From: Narcine bancroftii | Taxonomy: Eukaryota | Direction: 5' to 3' | Length of the DNA: 64,000 nucleotides | Assembly (NCBI RefSeq): GCF_036971445.1 | Contig: NC_091482.1 | Coordinates: 30,814,001-30,878,000, forward strand | In this document: positions 34,464-45,399 of the stretch, one piece after another | How the letters are laid out: each line of letters starts with the position of its first letter | How positions within the stretch are numbered: the stretch's first letter is position 1 | Notes under the pieces: model-generated | What the model was told of the DNA's origin: nothing | The model's database searches: none | Seen by the model: the letters and a program-made list of their open reading frames with translations, nothing else | Position numbers and translations under genes: made by a program

Positions 34464-35783
34464 GTAAGTCCAGGCTGGATGAAAGGCAGGAATGGCTATA
34501 AAATGAACTGAGCCAGTTAATTATAGTTTGACTTCTTGCTGTATTGGATAGAATTTCCAAATGAGTTTGCAGGAGTTTCTATTACATTTGTAATTGTTGT
34601 GTTCCATTAATATTAAATCACTTTCATTTTTATATTTAAAATAGAATTTGGCTATTTCTGTAACTTTTTATGGTGAAAAGTTTGTAAGATCAAGTGATGG
34701 GGTGAGTTTAACCTCAGTCTTTCTGTTATGAAAATATTGTTCTATTGGGCATCATAACACATCTATCTTTCATTTTAATGACAGATGCAAGGATTGTGAA
34801 CTTACTTTCACAAACCTTTTGAAATAGCTGGAGGACACGTTTCCTGTTAATCTTAATGTTTTCATTTTCGCTTGTTTCCCAACCAGTTTTAATAGAATTG
34901 AAGGAAATATTTTAATGGTTTTTACTAGCTTGTCAAGTTCTTCATAAGTTAAACACTTCAAACCATTTAAATTCCAATCATGTTTCTATACCTGTAAGCA
35001 GAAATTGGAAACTGTCAAACATACCCACTAATATAAAAAAAAATTCTTAAACTAGTATGGATTTGGGAATATGAGATATTTTGGTAACATCTGAAATTCA
35101 AAATCATGCTCTTGTGAGTTTTAGAGCTTGGGTATATGTCTCTTCCATTTCTCACTACAAGAACTTCAGGTGGTTTCTTTGGAGAGAAAATTGAGGGTTA
35201 ATCAGTTCCTAGCATTATGGTATATTTATAAGACAAGTCAATGACTAACACTTGCCTCAGTAGGTGAAATAGTTGAGGTGATTTTACAGCAAGTTTGGTC
35301 ATTGCTTCTCATTGTCATTGTAAAACTGTAATTACTTGGATTGACTTTATGAGCATTGACTTTGTCCTCCAATTCTTCCAAGGATTTTTCTTGCTCTTCA
35401 CTTGTTCTCTATCTGTAAACAAAAAAAAATATCACAGTTTTTAGAACATTTTCTCATTTTAAATTATACTGGAAAAAATATTATTTTCTACAGTACAATT
35501 GGTAATTTCTTAGAAACCTAAGAATAGTTAATTCTTGTCACATCTTAAAGCTAATGTCGGCCTGACTGAAATTTGACATTTGAGTGAAATATCTTACAGA
35601 TACTAAATGTTCTGGAGCATGTTTTTGCAAGATTAGAGGGCATAAAAAATGTAGAGGTTCCCCAAATTAAAGTGTTGATCTAACAGCAATTTCTTGCAGC
35701 AATTGGGGAGCTATTCAGCAACATTCTGTCCAGGCTAAAAAAGAACACGCTAGAATTCTCTCACTGGTTAGTCTCTGAATGTA

Positions 35784-35947
35784 CTGAATTTCCTCAAATA
35801 TGGTTCCAGTCAGTGCATTGAAACCAGGGGAAAATATGTGAACAAGTGGAAACAATGCATTGTCTGAATTTCCTCAAATATGGTTCCAGTCAGTGCATTG
35901 AAACCAGGGGAAAATATGTGAACAAGTGGAAACAATGCATTGTCTGA
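35784..35947. repeat. Perfect 80-bp tandem duplication
   Basis: CTGAATTTCCTCAAATATGG...AATGCATTGT occurs at 35784 and 35864. Confidence 0.92.
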
Positions 35948-36054
35948 TTCAATGTCAGATATTTGAAGCAATGAATCAATTAAATTGAAACAAAAATGAG
36001 CAGACAAGAATTTATTGTCTGATTTTTTTTTTCAGTTCACTTTTTGTTTTCTAG

Positions 36055-36226
36055 GCCTGGAACACTGAAGAGAGGCACCCATTCCCAGTGTTCAGATGAC
36101 CCTATCTCCAAACGGTCACGAACCTCCTCCATTAGTTCACTCAGCAGTCTATGTGTGGGCGGGAAGCACAGTTCTATTCGCAATCCCATTTTCAGTTCTT
36201 ACAGTTCCACCCGGGGACAAGTCCAG
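36055..36226 (+). CDS. POM121: POM121 exon 5
   Basis: CTAG| ... CAG|GTTTGT; PGTLKRGTHSQCSDDPISKRSRTSSISSL..RNPIFSSYSSTRG. Confidence 0.96.
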
Positions 36227-37831
36227 GTTTGTGCATTTTTAAATGACTAATGGGGTGAGGGTGTTGCCAGAAAGAGGAGCGTTTATTGTCCTTCCTAAAT
36301 TCCCTTTAAACTGAGTGGTTTGATTGGCTATTTTTGAGTTGTTTTGTGCTCACCATTACTATTGATCATCATGTTTTAATGATGATTTTATCGGGCAAAG
36401 TATGAACTTTGCCTGCATTTGAAAGTGTTTCTGTACCACTTGTAGATATTTCCAGATCTGTATTCATGTAACCTAACTACTGCAATGTAGAATTCCATTT
36501 TGTGGAACATGTAATATTAAAAGATCGCTACTCTAATTTCTGTTCAAGATATTGTTGTCAGTAATGACGAATGTGGGATATGGTTTTGAAACTGAGTCAC
36601 TTGGTTACATATGTTAGTCTCCTTGTTTTGGATGGCTGCCACAGCAGTGCAATATTGAGGAGCTGCCTCATTGTTTGAGACTATCTTGGATCTGATGCTA
36701 TACTTGGGCCTCTTCAGGTGGGTGCAAAGCATTCCAGGGTAGTATGTAAAGTAGCACAGTTAGCGCAATGCTGTTACACCTATTGCAGAGCCAGGATTCA
36801 AATCTGGCGCTCTCTGAAGAGTTTGTACATTCTTTCCATGTATGCATGGGTTACCTCTGGACACTCTAATTTCCTCCCACCCTTCAAAAATGTACAAGGG
36901 TTGTAGGTCAGTTGGAAGTAATAGGGCAGGATTTGTAAATCAACATTTGTCTTTCAGGCAAAATGACCAAAACAGAATTGGCATCACATTTGCCAATTGT
37001 ATTTGAATTAGTTACCCATTGGGCCGCAACCATTTGTGATTGCACTTCAAAATTGTTAAATATTAGTAAAGTCTTGCCATCCTATGGGAGTTGCCTTCCA
37101 GAGGGAAATTCCTTCACATCTACACCTTGCATAAAACTATTTCCTTCTCCCCTTCTCTTTACCAAAACAAGCACTTTAAACTATGGGCATGTGTTCTTGT
37201 GAACAGAATAGGATTTTAATCACATGATGGAAGTTTCAGCTTAATTTGGATGCAAAAAAAAATCCAAGTACTTTTGGACATTTTAAAGCCCAATAACAAA
37301 GAAAAATTGCTCCTGAATGTGTCCATCTTCAAAATAAAAAAAAGAAAATGAATCTGTAGATGCTGAAAATCTTAAGTAAAAATGTAGTAGATGATCAGCA
37401 GGTCCGACAGCATATTCATGGAAAGAGAAACTGTTACAGGAGTTTCATAGTGTAGATCCACTTCAAAATAAAATTGGCATCATTGCACAGTTTTTATCCT
37501 CTTTCCCACTTAAGATTGTGATGGTTCCTGTCTTTAAACTTCTTTGGTTGCAGTGTTCCTTATTGGCATTACTGTAGCAAAATTGTCCAAAGATTAAAAT
37601 GACTATGTTGTAAGTTTACATTAGATACTTTAAATAGTGCAGGGATTTGTAATCATGAAGTCGACAAGTTAGACAGACAGCCCTAGCTTCAGTTGCTCAT
37701 GTGGCATTCACTTTTTTCTAAAAGTAGATTAAAGTATAAATTGGCTATAACTTTTAATTCAATGCTAATATATTTCTGAATATAACTCTAACCAAAAATA
37801 ATCAGATTGAATTCTTCTGTCACTATTGTAG

Positions 37832-37929
37832 GGCTTAAAGAGCCATCCCTCTGTGCGAAATCCAACTCCACTTTCGAGCCCTGCATCTTCGCGTTCTGAA
37901 ACTCCTGAGAAATCAAGCAAGAAAATCAG
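37832..37929 (+). CDS. POM121: POM121 exon 6
   Basis: GTAG| ... AG|GTAATT; LSSPASSRSETPEKSSKKIR. Confidence 0.94.
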
Positions 37930-39067
37930 GTAATTACTGGTGCAGACTTTAAATCAGCATTTATTGAAATGTAATTCTTTGATATGATATGCAAGCATAG
38001 CTCAACAGTCATCGTTGATGATAAGTAATGCAGTTAAGTTTGCTGCTTTTTATTTGCTTGCTTTGCGTGATTTCCTCATTACAGTTTGGGGAGGCATTCT
38101 TAGAAAATGGCCCCTATCGTGATGTTCCACAATGCAAAGCCACATCATCTGAAAGAAAGAAAGAAGGGTTGATAAAAGATTTTACTGTGATTAATTGTTT
38201 TGTTTCCTATAAATGCTGTGACAGTGAATTTTATTCTGTATCTCAAATTTTTGGTCACTGATTGGTAAATCTAAAAAGTGAATTTCTGTTATTCTACTCA
38301 CCTGATCATGGGTGTTGCCTTTATTCCATGTTCTGTTGTATCTCTTGCTTTAATAGCAGATCCCAGTATAAATATTTTGCTGGATCTGATGCTCCTGATG
38401 CAGGCTCCGCATTGGGGAGACTGGATTCAGGGATTCATACTGGGAAGTTGGTCGTTGAGCACCTTCTTACTGCCTGCTGCAGCAGCAAGGACCTTCCACA
38501 GCCAGCCATTTTAATTCCACACATCATTGCCAACCCCCCCCCCCCCCCCCACACTTTCGAGGGATGCTGTTCATTGTTAATGTCCATAAAGCCAATGTAG
38601 CTTCTGTGCCACCATCCTTCAAGAAATTGGTTTCAAATTTGATTGTCAGCTGTTGCATTCTCCCTGGGATCTTAGAACATAGAGCACAGAACACTAGAGA
38701 ACAGTATAGGCCCTTTGACCCTCGATGTTGTGCTGACCTGTGTATTACTACCAAAAAAAAAGAAATCCTTCCTACCTTGCCAGCTCTTTTAATTGTATTG
38801 GATTTTTTCTAATATGGTTAATTTCAATGATGTGAACCTGTGATAGGAATCCAAATTCAACCATTCTTGCTGCAAATTATGAAAGTATTGATATTTGTAA
38901 GGGAAAAATTCAGATTGAAGGATTCAATCTGGCAATGACTGTCAAACAATGTAGAAACAAATTAGTTTGGCAAGGAACAAGAACAGCTGTAGCACTCATT
39001 TTTAACATTGCACAATTCAGTATGCTTTGCTTGCGTTGAGGATGATGTTTTTAATATATATCTGTAG

Positions 39068-39147
39068 AGAGGAAGAAATACAGAGATCAAATGCCTCTAC
39101 CCCAGTTAGAGTGGACAAATCAGAAAAAGACCAACCTACTGAAGAAG
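39068..39147 (+). CDS. POM121: POM121 exon 7
   Basis: GTAG| ... G|GTAAGA; EEEIQRSNASTPVRVDKSEKDQPTEE; phases fit exons 6 and 8. Confidence 0.9.
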
Positions 39148-40525
39148 GTAAGAATCAAAAGGAATACCATTTTAAATGATTCTGTGCATTGCTTTTCAAT
39201 TTAATGTGGATTCCAATACATGTTCAGATTCTCAACAAAATGTTTTGATTGAAATATAAATACTTGGTGATTCATGAACAATCATATTTCTATTTCTTGT
39301 CTTTTTTTTTAAAAGTAATTTTTTTTGTCTCACATTTTTCCTGAATGACACTTTAATTGCTCTTTCTGATCTTAGGATGATTTTCTGTGATATGCTTAGA
39401 AGTGCATCATGGAGGTCTTAGAAACAGCTAATTCCTTTTGATACATATAGAAATCCTATGAGGGGAAAACTGTTCATTTTTAATGTCCATAAACCCGAGG
39501 TAGTTTATGTTCCACCATCCTTCAAGAACTTGGTTTCAAATTTGATTGTCAGCTGTTGCATTCTCCCTGGGATCTTAGAACACTAGAGCACCATATAGGC
39601 CCTTTGGCCCTTTATGTTGTGCTGACCTGTGTATTCCTACCCAAAAAAATGGAGACCCTTCCTTGTAACCCTTTTTTTTCATCCATGTGTCTGAAATGTC
39701 CCTAATGTTTCAGCCTCCACCCCCATCCCTCCCGAGGCATTTCAAGGACCCACAAGTCTCTGGGTTTTTAAAAAAAAAAAAAATTCCCCTAAACTATCCT
39801 CCCTTCATTTGGTACAGATGTCCTATCTAACTGATCTCTGCCTCTCTGCTAACCTTCTGTTGTTTATGCTGCTGAGCATCATATGCAACAATGTTTTAAT
39901 GTTGAAGTAGAGTGAATGTTACTTGAATAGAGGTAAATTTGAAGAATTTTGACAAATAGATAAGAACAGAGGTGGCCAACTTTTTAATTTTTAATTTAGC
40001 CAGAGAGCACAATAACAGGCCATTTCGGCCCATGAGTACATACTGGAGGTGTAGGTTAATTGGGCCAAAATGCCCTGTTACCTTGCTGTATGTCTAAATT
40101 AAAAATTAGAAGATGCGGGTTGCTCTTTCAGTTCCAGGCAAATTAAATCTTTATTGGTTTAAAATAATGGTGAGAACAGTCTTAAATGAACTGAAAAGCA
40201 AATATAAAAATGGACAGTAAAGGTTTTCATAATTGCATAAAGTAGAAAAGGGTGACTAAAGCAATGGTTTGTTCATTGGAAGATGAGATGGGGGAATTGA
40301 TATTGGGTAACGAGGAAATAGCTGAGGCTTTGAATGACTACTTTGTGTCAATCTTCACGGTGGAGGACATTTCTACCATGCCAAAGGCAGATGTTATCCA
40401 TGTGATTGGAGGTGAGGACCCGGACGTAATAGCTGTCACCAAAGAGGTAGCACTGAGCAAAGTTGAATGCATCCCATGGCACTGAAAGAAATGGCAAAAG
40501 TTATAGTTAATCTCTGGTAATTTAC

Positions 40526-42129
40526 ATTAAAATTTCTTTCTTTCCATTCTTCCTATTTTTCCTGTTCTTCCCATTCCCATTCCCGTTTCCATTTGCCTTT
40601 TTAGGCGACAGCAGCGAAGATCTTCCATATCCTCGCAAATCTGGTAGTGAATTAGCAAGAATTAATGCATCATGGTCATTTTCAAAAAATTGAGATTGAA
40701 AATGACCATAAAAGACTTTTAATACTGCAGGGTAATAAAAAGCAAATTTGTAATCCATCTGCCACAATATCTCTTTAGCTAAGTTAAATTCCCGACGTCG
40801 CCTAATAATCTCTTGACTCAAATCTGCATAGTAAAATACTCTGTTATTTTGGACCATCATTGGAGTTTGACTTTGTCATACCTTCTGCACCGCCAACCAT
40901 AATATAATTTCTCTGTCCTGGTATTTCAAACAATAAATTAAAACCACCCGTGCCGGTTGTTTCGGTAACTGTTTCTTTTGTAACGCTCTATGTGCCCGTT
41001 CCAATTCTAAGCCTTCCAAAAAAAAAAACTCCTTGCCCAACACCTTGGGAATCCAGGTCTTAAAAAATTTTATTGGATCAGACCCTTCAATATCTTCTGG
41101 GAGACCCACAATTTTCACATATTTCTCCGACTTTGATTTTCCAATGAATCAATTTTTTTCAGTAAGTCTTTCTTCTTCATTCCCCAATCCACAAAGGCAT
41201 CTTCTATTTTTTTTACATTCAAAAAAAGCTGTTTCAATTTTAAAAAAATATTTCTTGCACTGTATTATCCACTGATTAATACACTTATTAACATCACTCT
41301 TAACTGCAGACGCAGTAGTCATTTTGGTTGTCACTTCTAAAAATCCTTGAGTCATTTGTTTAGACATATTGTCCATTTGATAAACAATCCCTTCCAGGAC
41401 TGTACACAAATTCCAGTTCTCTGGTCTCCACTTCCAATTGTTCTTTGAGCTGCTCAGTCAAGGTAAGTCTGCCTCTTCTTCCAGTGTTGTTGGTCCACTC
41501 CCGGTGCAGTTGCGGGTCTGTACACCCGACAACGGCATCCCGACCACGTCGGGACGCTGACGCTCGGGAACTCCCCCCCCCCCCCAGCCCACACGCGGTC
41601 CAACAGGTCCTGGACCATTGAAGCACCGTGCATGCCGGTAAGGCCAGGGACTGTGCAGGTGCAACTTCCGACGCCATTCTGCGCGTCCCCAGCTCACCCG
41701 ACGGCAGCCCGGGCTCAAGGGCTCTTCTCTCAGCCGGGTTGCCCGCGCACCTGACATCGCGGACACGCAGTTCAGCACCGGTTGAACTCATCGTCAAGCC
41801 GGCGCCATCTTGCAGAGGCAAGGTCGGTGCTGGCGTCATACTTAGACGGGCAGGAGTCCTCTGTACCTTGGAGGTTCCAAATGTCGGGTCCATGGCTTCA
41901 GTTGAACAGATAGACCTCAACTCTTCAGCACTTTTAAAAGGTAATTTCTTCTGCTGTTGAGTTTTCATTTTTTTTACATTAGTAGCCATTATAACCCACT
42001 AATGTTCCCAAAAGTAAAAATACAACTTTTAATCACTTTTATAAACTTTAAAACGGGTGCTTAAAAAACTAGCTGAGGGAGGGTGGGACTGCATGTCTGT
42101 CCTCTACGCCATCTTGCCATGCCCCCCCC
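40526..42129 (-). mobile_element. L1-like element containing only 5' UTR plus ORF1
   Basis: G-run plus CAAGATGGCG 5' end; ORF1 remnants KIVGLPEDIEGSDP..LELERAHR and YADLSQEIIRRRREF..FAFYYPAVLKV; exact 16-bp TSD ATCTCTGGTAATTTAC (40510-40525 / 42130-42145). Confidence 0.85.
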
Positions 42130-42256
42130 ATCTCTGGTAATTTACCAAAATTCTATGGACTATGTGCAGGTCCCAGGAGATTGCAGGACGCTGAATGTCA
42201 CACCACTGTTCAAAAGGCAGGGAACTATAGGCCAGTTAGTTTAACATCTGTGGTTG

Positions 42257-42888
42257 ATCCTTCTGGGAGGACCTGGGGGAAATTATGAAAAAAATTATAA
42301 AGGTCGATTTTCCACAGGATCTGGAATTGTACCTTCTGGGAAACATTGTGGACATGCATATTTAAACTGTCAGAGTACCAAATTCAGTTTGTGAAGATCA
42401 CCTTGGCAGTAGCCAGGAAATGTATAGCAGTCACGTGGAAGTCTGAATCACAGCTAAATATTACACAATGGAATACTGAAATACAGAGTTGTATTTCCCT
42501 GGAGAAAATTACGTACAATTTGAGGAAATATTTCACATTTGTTGGGGTATTGCAACCCTATCTACAACACATTAGTACGCAGATATAATTATACCCCTTC
42601 TGTATAAAAGGCAATATGCCAGTAGCGGAATGATTGAGATAAATGAAGTGGATCATGCCGCAGATGACATGTTCCTTATTGTTTTTATTTCAGGTTACTT
42701 TGGTTTTTTTCTTAAGGGGTCTGTGATTTTTTTTTTGTTTGTTTAATTTGTATACACTTTGTGATATTAGAGTATGGGAGGTGGGAGAGAGAAAAAACAG
42801 AATCTGTATGTTATATACCATTGTTGAGAGAGAAATTGTTTGGATTTGTGAGTGTCTTTGAAAATCAAAATAAAATATTAAAAAAAAA
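42257..42888 (+). mobile_element. L1/Tx1-like 3' end (5'-truncated)
   Basis: AVARKCIAVTWKS..CISLEKITY C-terminus, AATAAA and A-tail at ~42870-42888; CR1 sequence resumes afterwards. Confidence 0.7.
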
Positions 42889-43731
42889 CCTGTAGTTTGG
42901 AAATGCTTGAAACTATCATTAAAGAAGAAATAATAAGGCATCTGGAGTGAGGTGGATCCATCAGGCAGACACAGCATGGATTCAGCAAAGGTAGGTCCGA
43001 TTTGACAAATTTACTGGACATCTTTGAGGATATAATGAGCGTTGTAGGTAGAGGAGTACATAGATAGATAGATAGGTAGGGAGCAGGTAAACGTTGTTTA
43101 CTTGGATTTCCAGAAGGCATTTGATAAGGTGCCTCATAAAAGACAATGCATCAGAATAGGGTGCATAGAGTTGAGGGTGATGTATTAGCATGGATAGAGG
43201 ATTGGTTAACCAATGGAAAACAGTGAGTAGGGATACAGGGGTGTTTTTCTGGTTGGCAATCAGTGAGGTACCGCAGGGGTTGGTGCTGGGCCCACAATGG
43301 CACACGATATACTTTAATGATCCGGAAGAGGGAACAGTGTAGTGTGTCTTAAGTTGACACTAAATTTAGTGAAACGAGGAATAGTTGGCACAAGACGTGC
43401 ATCACCAAGTTCAGGAACAGTTGCTACCACCCACCATCAAACTCCTCAACAACAAACTCCAATCAGTTTTTTTTTTCACTACCAGTAAGTTATAATTCTG
43501 CCTCCAGGAGTAAGAATCTCAGGGTTTTACATGATGTATGTACTCTGACAATCCAGAGAAGGAAATTATGCAGAGGGTACAGAGTCTGCAGAGAGATTTT
43601 AATGGGTTAACTGAGGTAAGGGTCTGGCAGATGGAGTACAATGTTGGTAAATGTGACGTTATCCACTCCTGCCCGAGGTCCCTGCTCCTGCTGCTGTCAC
43701 TGATCTCCAACACCTTCCCATCACCATCCCT

Positions 43732-44365
43732 GCTCCTGCCCGGCAGCCTGAGGTCCCGGCTCCTGCCCGGCAGCCTGAGGTCCCGGCTCCTGCCCGGCAG
43801 CCTGAGGTCCCGGCTCCTGCCCGGCAGCCTGAGGTCCCGGCTCCTGCCCGGCAGCCTGAGGTCCCGGCTCCTGCCCGGCAGCCTGAGGTCCCGGCTCCTG
43901 CCCGGCAGCCTGAGGTCCCGGCTCCTGCCCGGCAGCCTGAGGTCCCGGCTCCTGCCCGGCAGCCTGAGGTCCCGGCTCCTGCCCGGCAGCCTGAGGTCCC
44001 GGCTCCTGCCCGGCAGCCTGAGGTCCCGGCTCCTGCCCGGCAGCCTGAGGTCCCGGCTCCTGCCCGGCAGCCTGAGGTCCCGGCTCCTGCCCGGCAGCCT
44101 GAGGTCCCGGCTCCTGCCCGGCAGCCTGAGGTCCCGGCTCCTGCCCGGCAGCCTGAGGTCCCGGCTCCTGCCCGGCAGCCTGAGGTCCCGGCTCCTGCCC
44201 GGCAGCCTGAGGTCCCGGCTCCTGCCCGGCAGCCTGAGGTCCCGGCTCCTGCCCGGCAGCCTGAGGTCCCGGCTCCTGCCCGGCAGCCTGAGGTCCCGGC
44301 TCCTGCCCGGCAGCCTGAGGTCCCGGCTCCTGCCCGGCAGCCTGAGGTCCCGGCTCCTGCCCGGC
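43732..44365. repeat. GC-rich 27-bp minisatellite, ~23.5 copies
   Basis: Unit GCTCCTGCCCGGCAGCCTGAGGTCCCG, no variant copies seen. Confidence 0.97.
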
Positions 44366-45399
44366 GTCAATGACACTGGGACAACGGAGATCCAAGTGCA
44401 GTGGAGGGTAAAAAGGAAATAGAGAGAGAGAGAGAGGTGAAATGAGAACAATTTCCCTATATGCTTCCTCACCTGCTGATATTCTGTCCTTCAATGATGG
44501 CTCGACATTCCAGCCTATTTATCTGAGCCAGTATCCAGCCGTTTAGCAGTAAAATCACAAACCTCTGCAGACACCATGGTGGAAGTAAAAAGAAAATGCT
44601 GGAGAAACGCAGCTGGTCAGTGTCCTTTTGCTGCGATCAGAGAGTGGGGGAAGAGGGAAAACTGGAAGGGGGATTCTCAAAACAAGTAGACATTGGTTGA
44701 AGTAAAAACAAAATGCTGGAGAAGCTCAGCTGCACTTTCCAGTTTTACCCTCCACCCACTACAGCCATCCCTCCTCGCCTTGATCGCTACTGTCTCTCTC
44801 TCCCTTCTCTGCCTATCATCTCCTGCCTTTGCCCCCGTCCCCTCTTCCCCCATCCTTTTTCAGATGCCCACCAACATTTTTCCACACCTTGATGAAGGGC
44901 TCAAGCCTGAAATGTCGGTTGTGTATTTTTACCTTTGCTGCTTAAAGGACACTGTTTGACCAGCTGAGTTTCTCCTGCATTTTGTGTTTTTACTCAGTGT
45001 TTTCCTAGCTGGTTCTGAGCTCTGTTACCAAACTGGTGCTAACAGTGAGCATGTTGGGCAAATTTTTTTTTCAACTTGTGACATCATTTTGCCACCAGTT
45101 TTAAAAAAAAAAAGTTTGGATAAGAAAGCTTTTGGGTTTACTGATTTTTTTTCAGATCATTGGAAGTGTACTTTATTTTACTGCCATAGCAGAAACATTC
45201 TCAGTGTCAGGACTGACACTCCACGTTTCAGAGAAAAGAGGATGGAATGTTGAGGTTCAGGGAGAACGTCATGGTAGTACTTCGGATATATTTGGGAAAA
45301 TCATCCAGTGAGGCTGCAATAGTAACCTTAAAATCAGAAGGGGATGGTCTCTTTGTATTTTAGCACCTCTTTCTCCCTCCCCCCCAACCCCCAATGGTC

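Larger units (their letters stand above)
40180..43660 (+). mobile_element. Degenerate CR1 LINE hosting several later insertions
   Basis: GNEEIAEALNDYFVSIFTVED, NYRPVSLTS-like segment ~42220, QHGFSKGRS, VYLDFQKAFDKVPH, VPQGLVLGP, WQMEYNVGKCDVIH. Confidence 0.8.

Noticed and set aside
43519-44494. Long ORFs of 257-317 aa (LLPGSLRSR, PGRSRDLRL, GQEPGPQAA repeats) and a CRISPR-like appearance
   Set aside because: The open frames result from a stop-poor 27-bp tandem unit. There are no unique spacers and no cas genes, and the array is intronic in a vertebrate gene.
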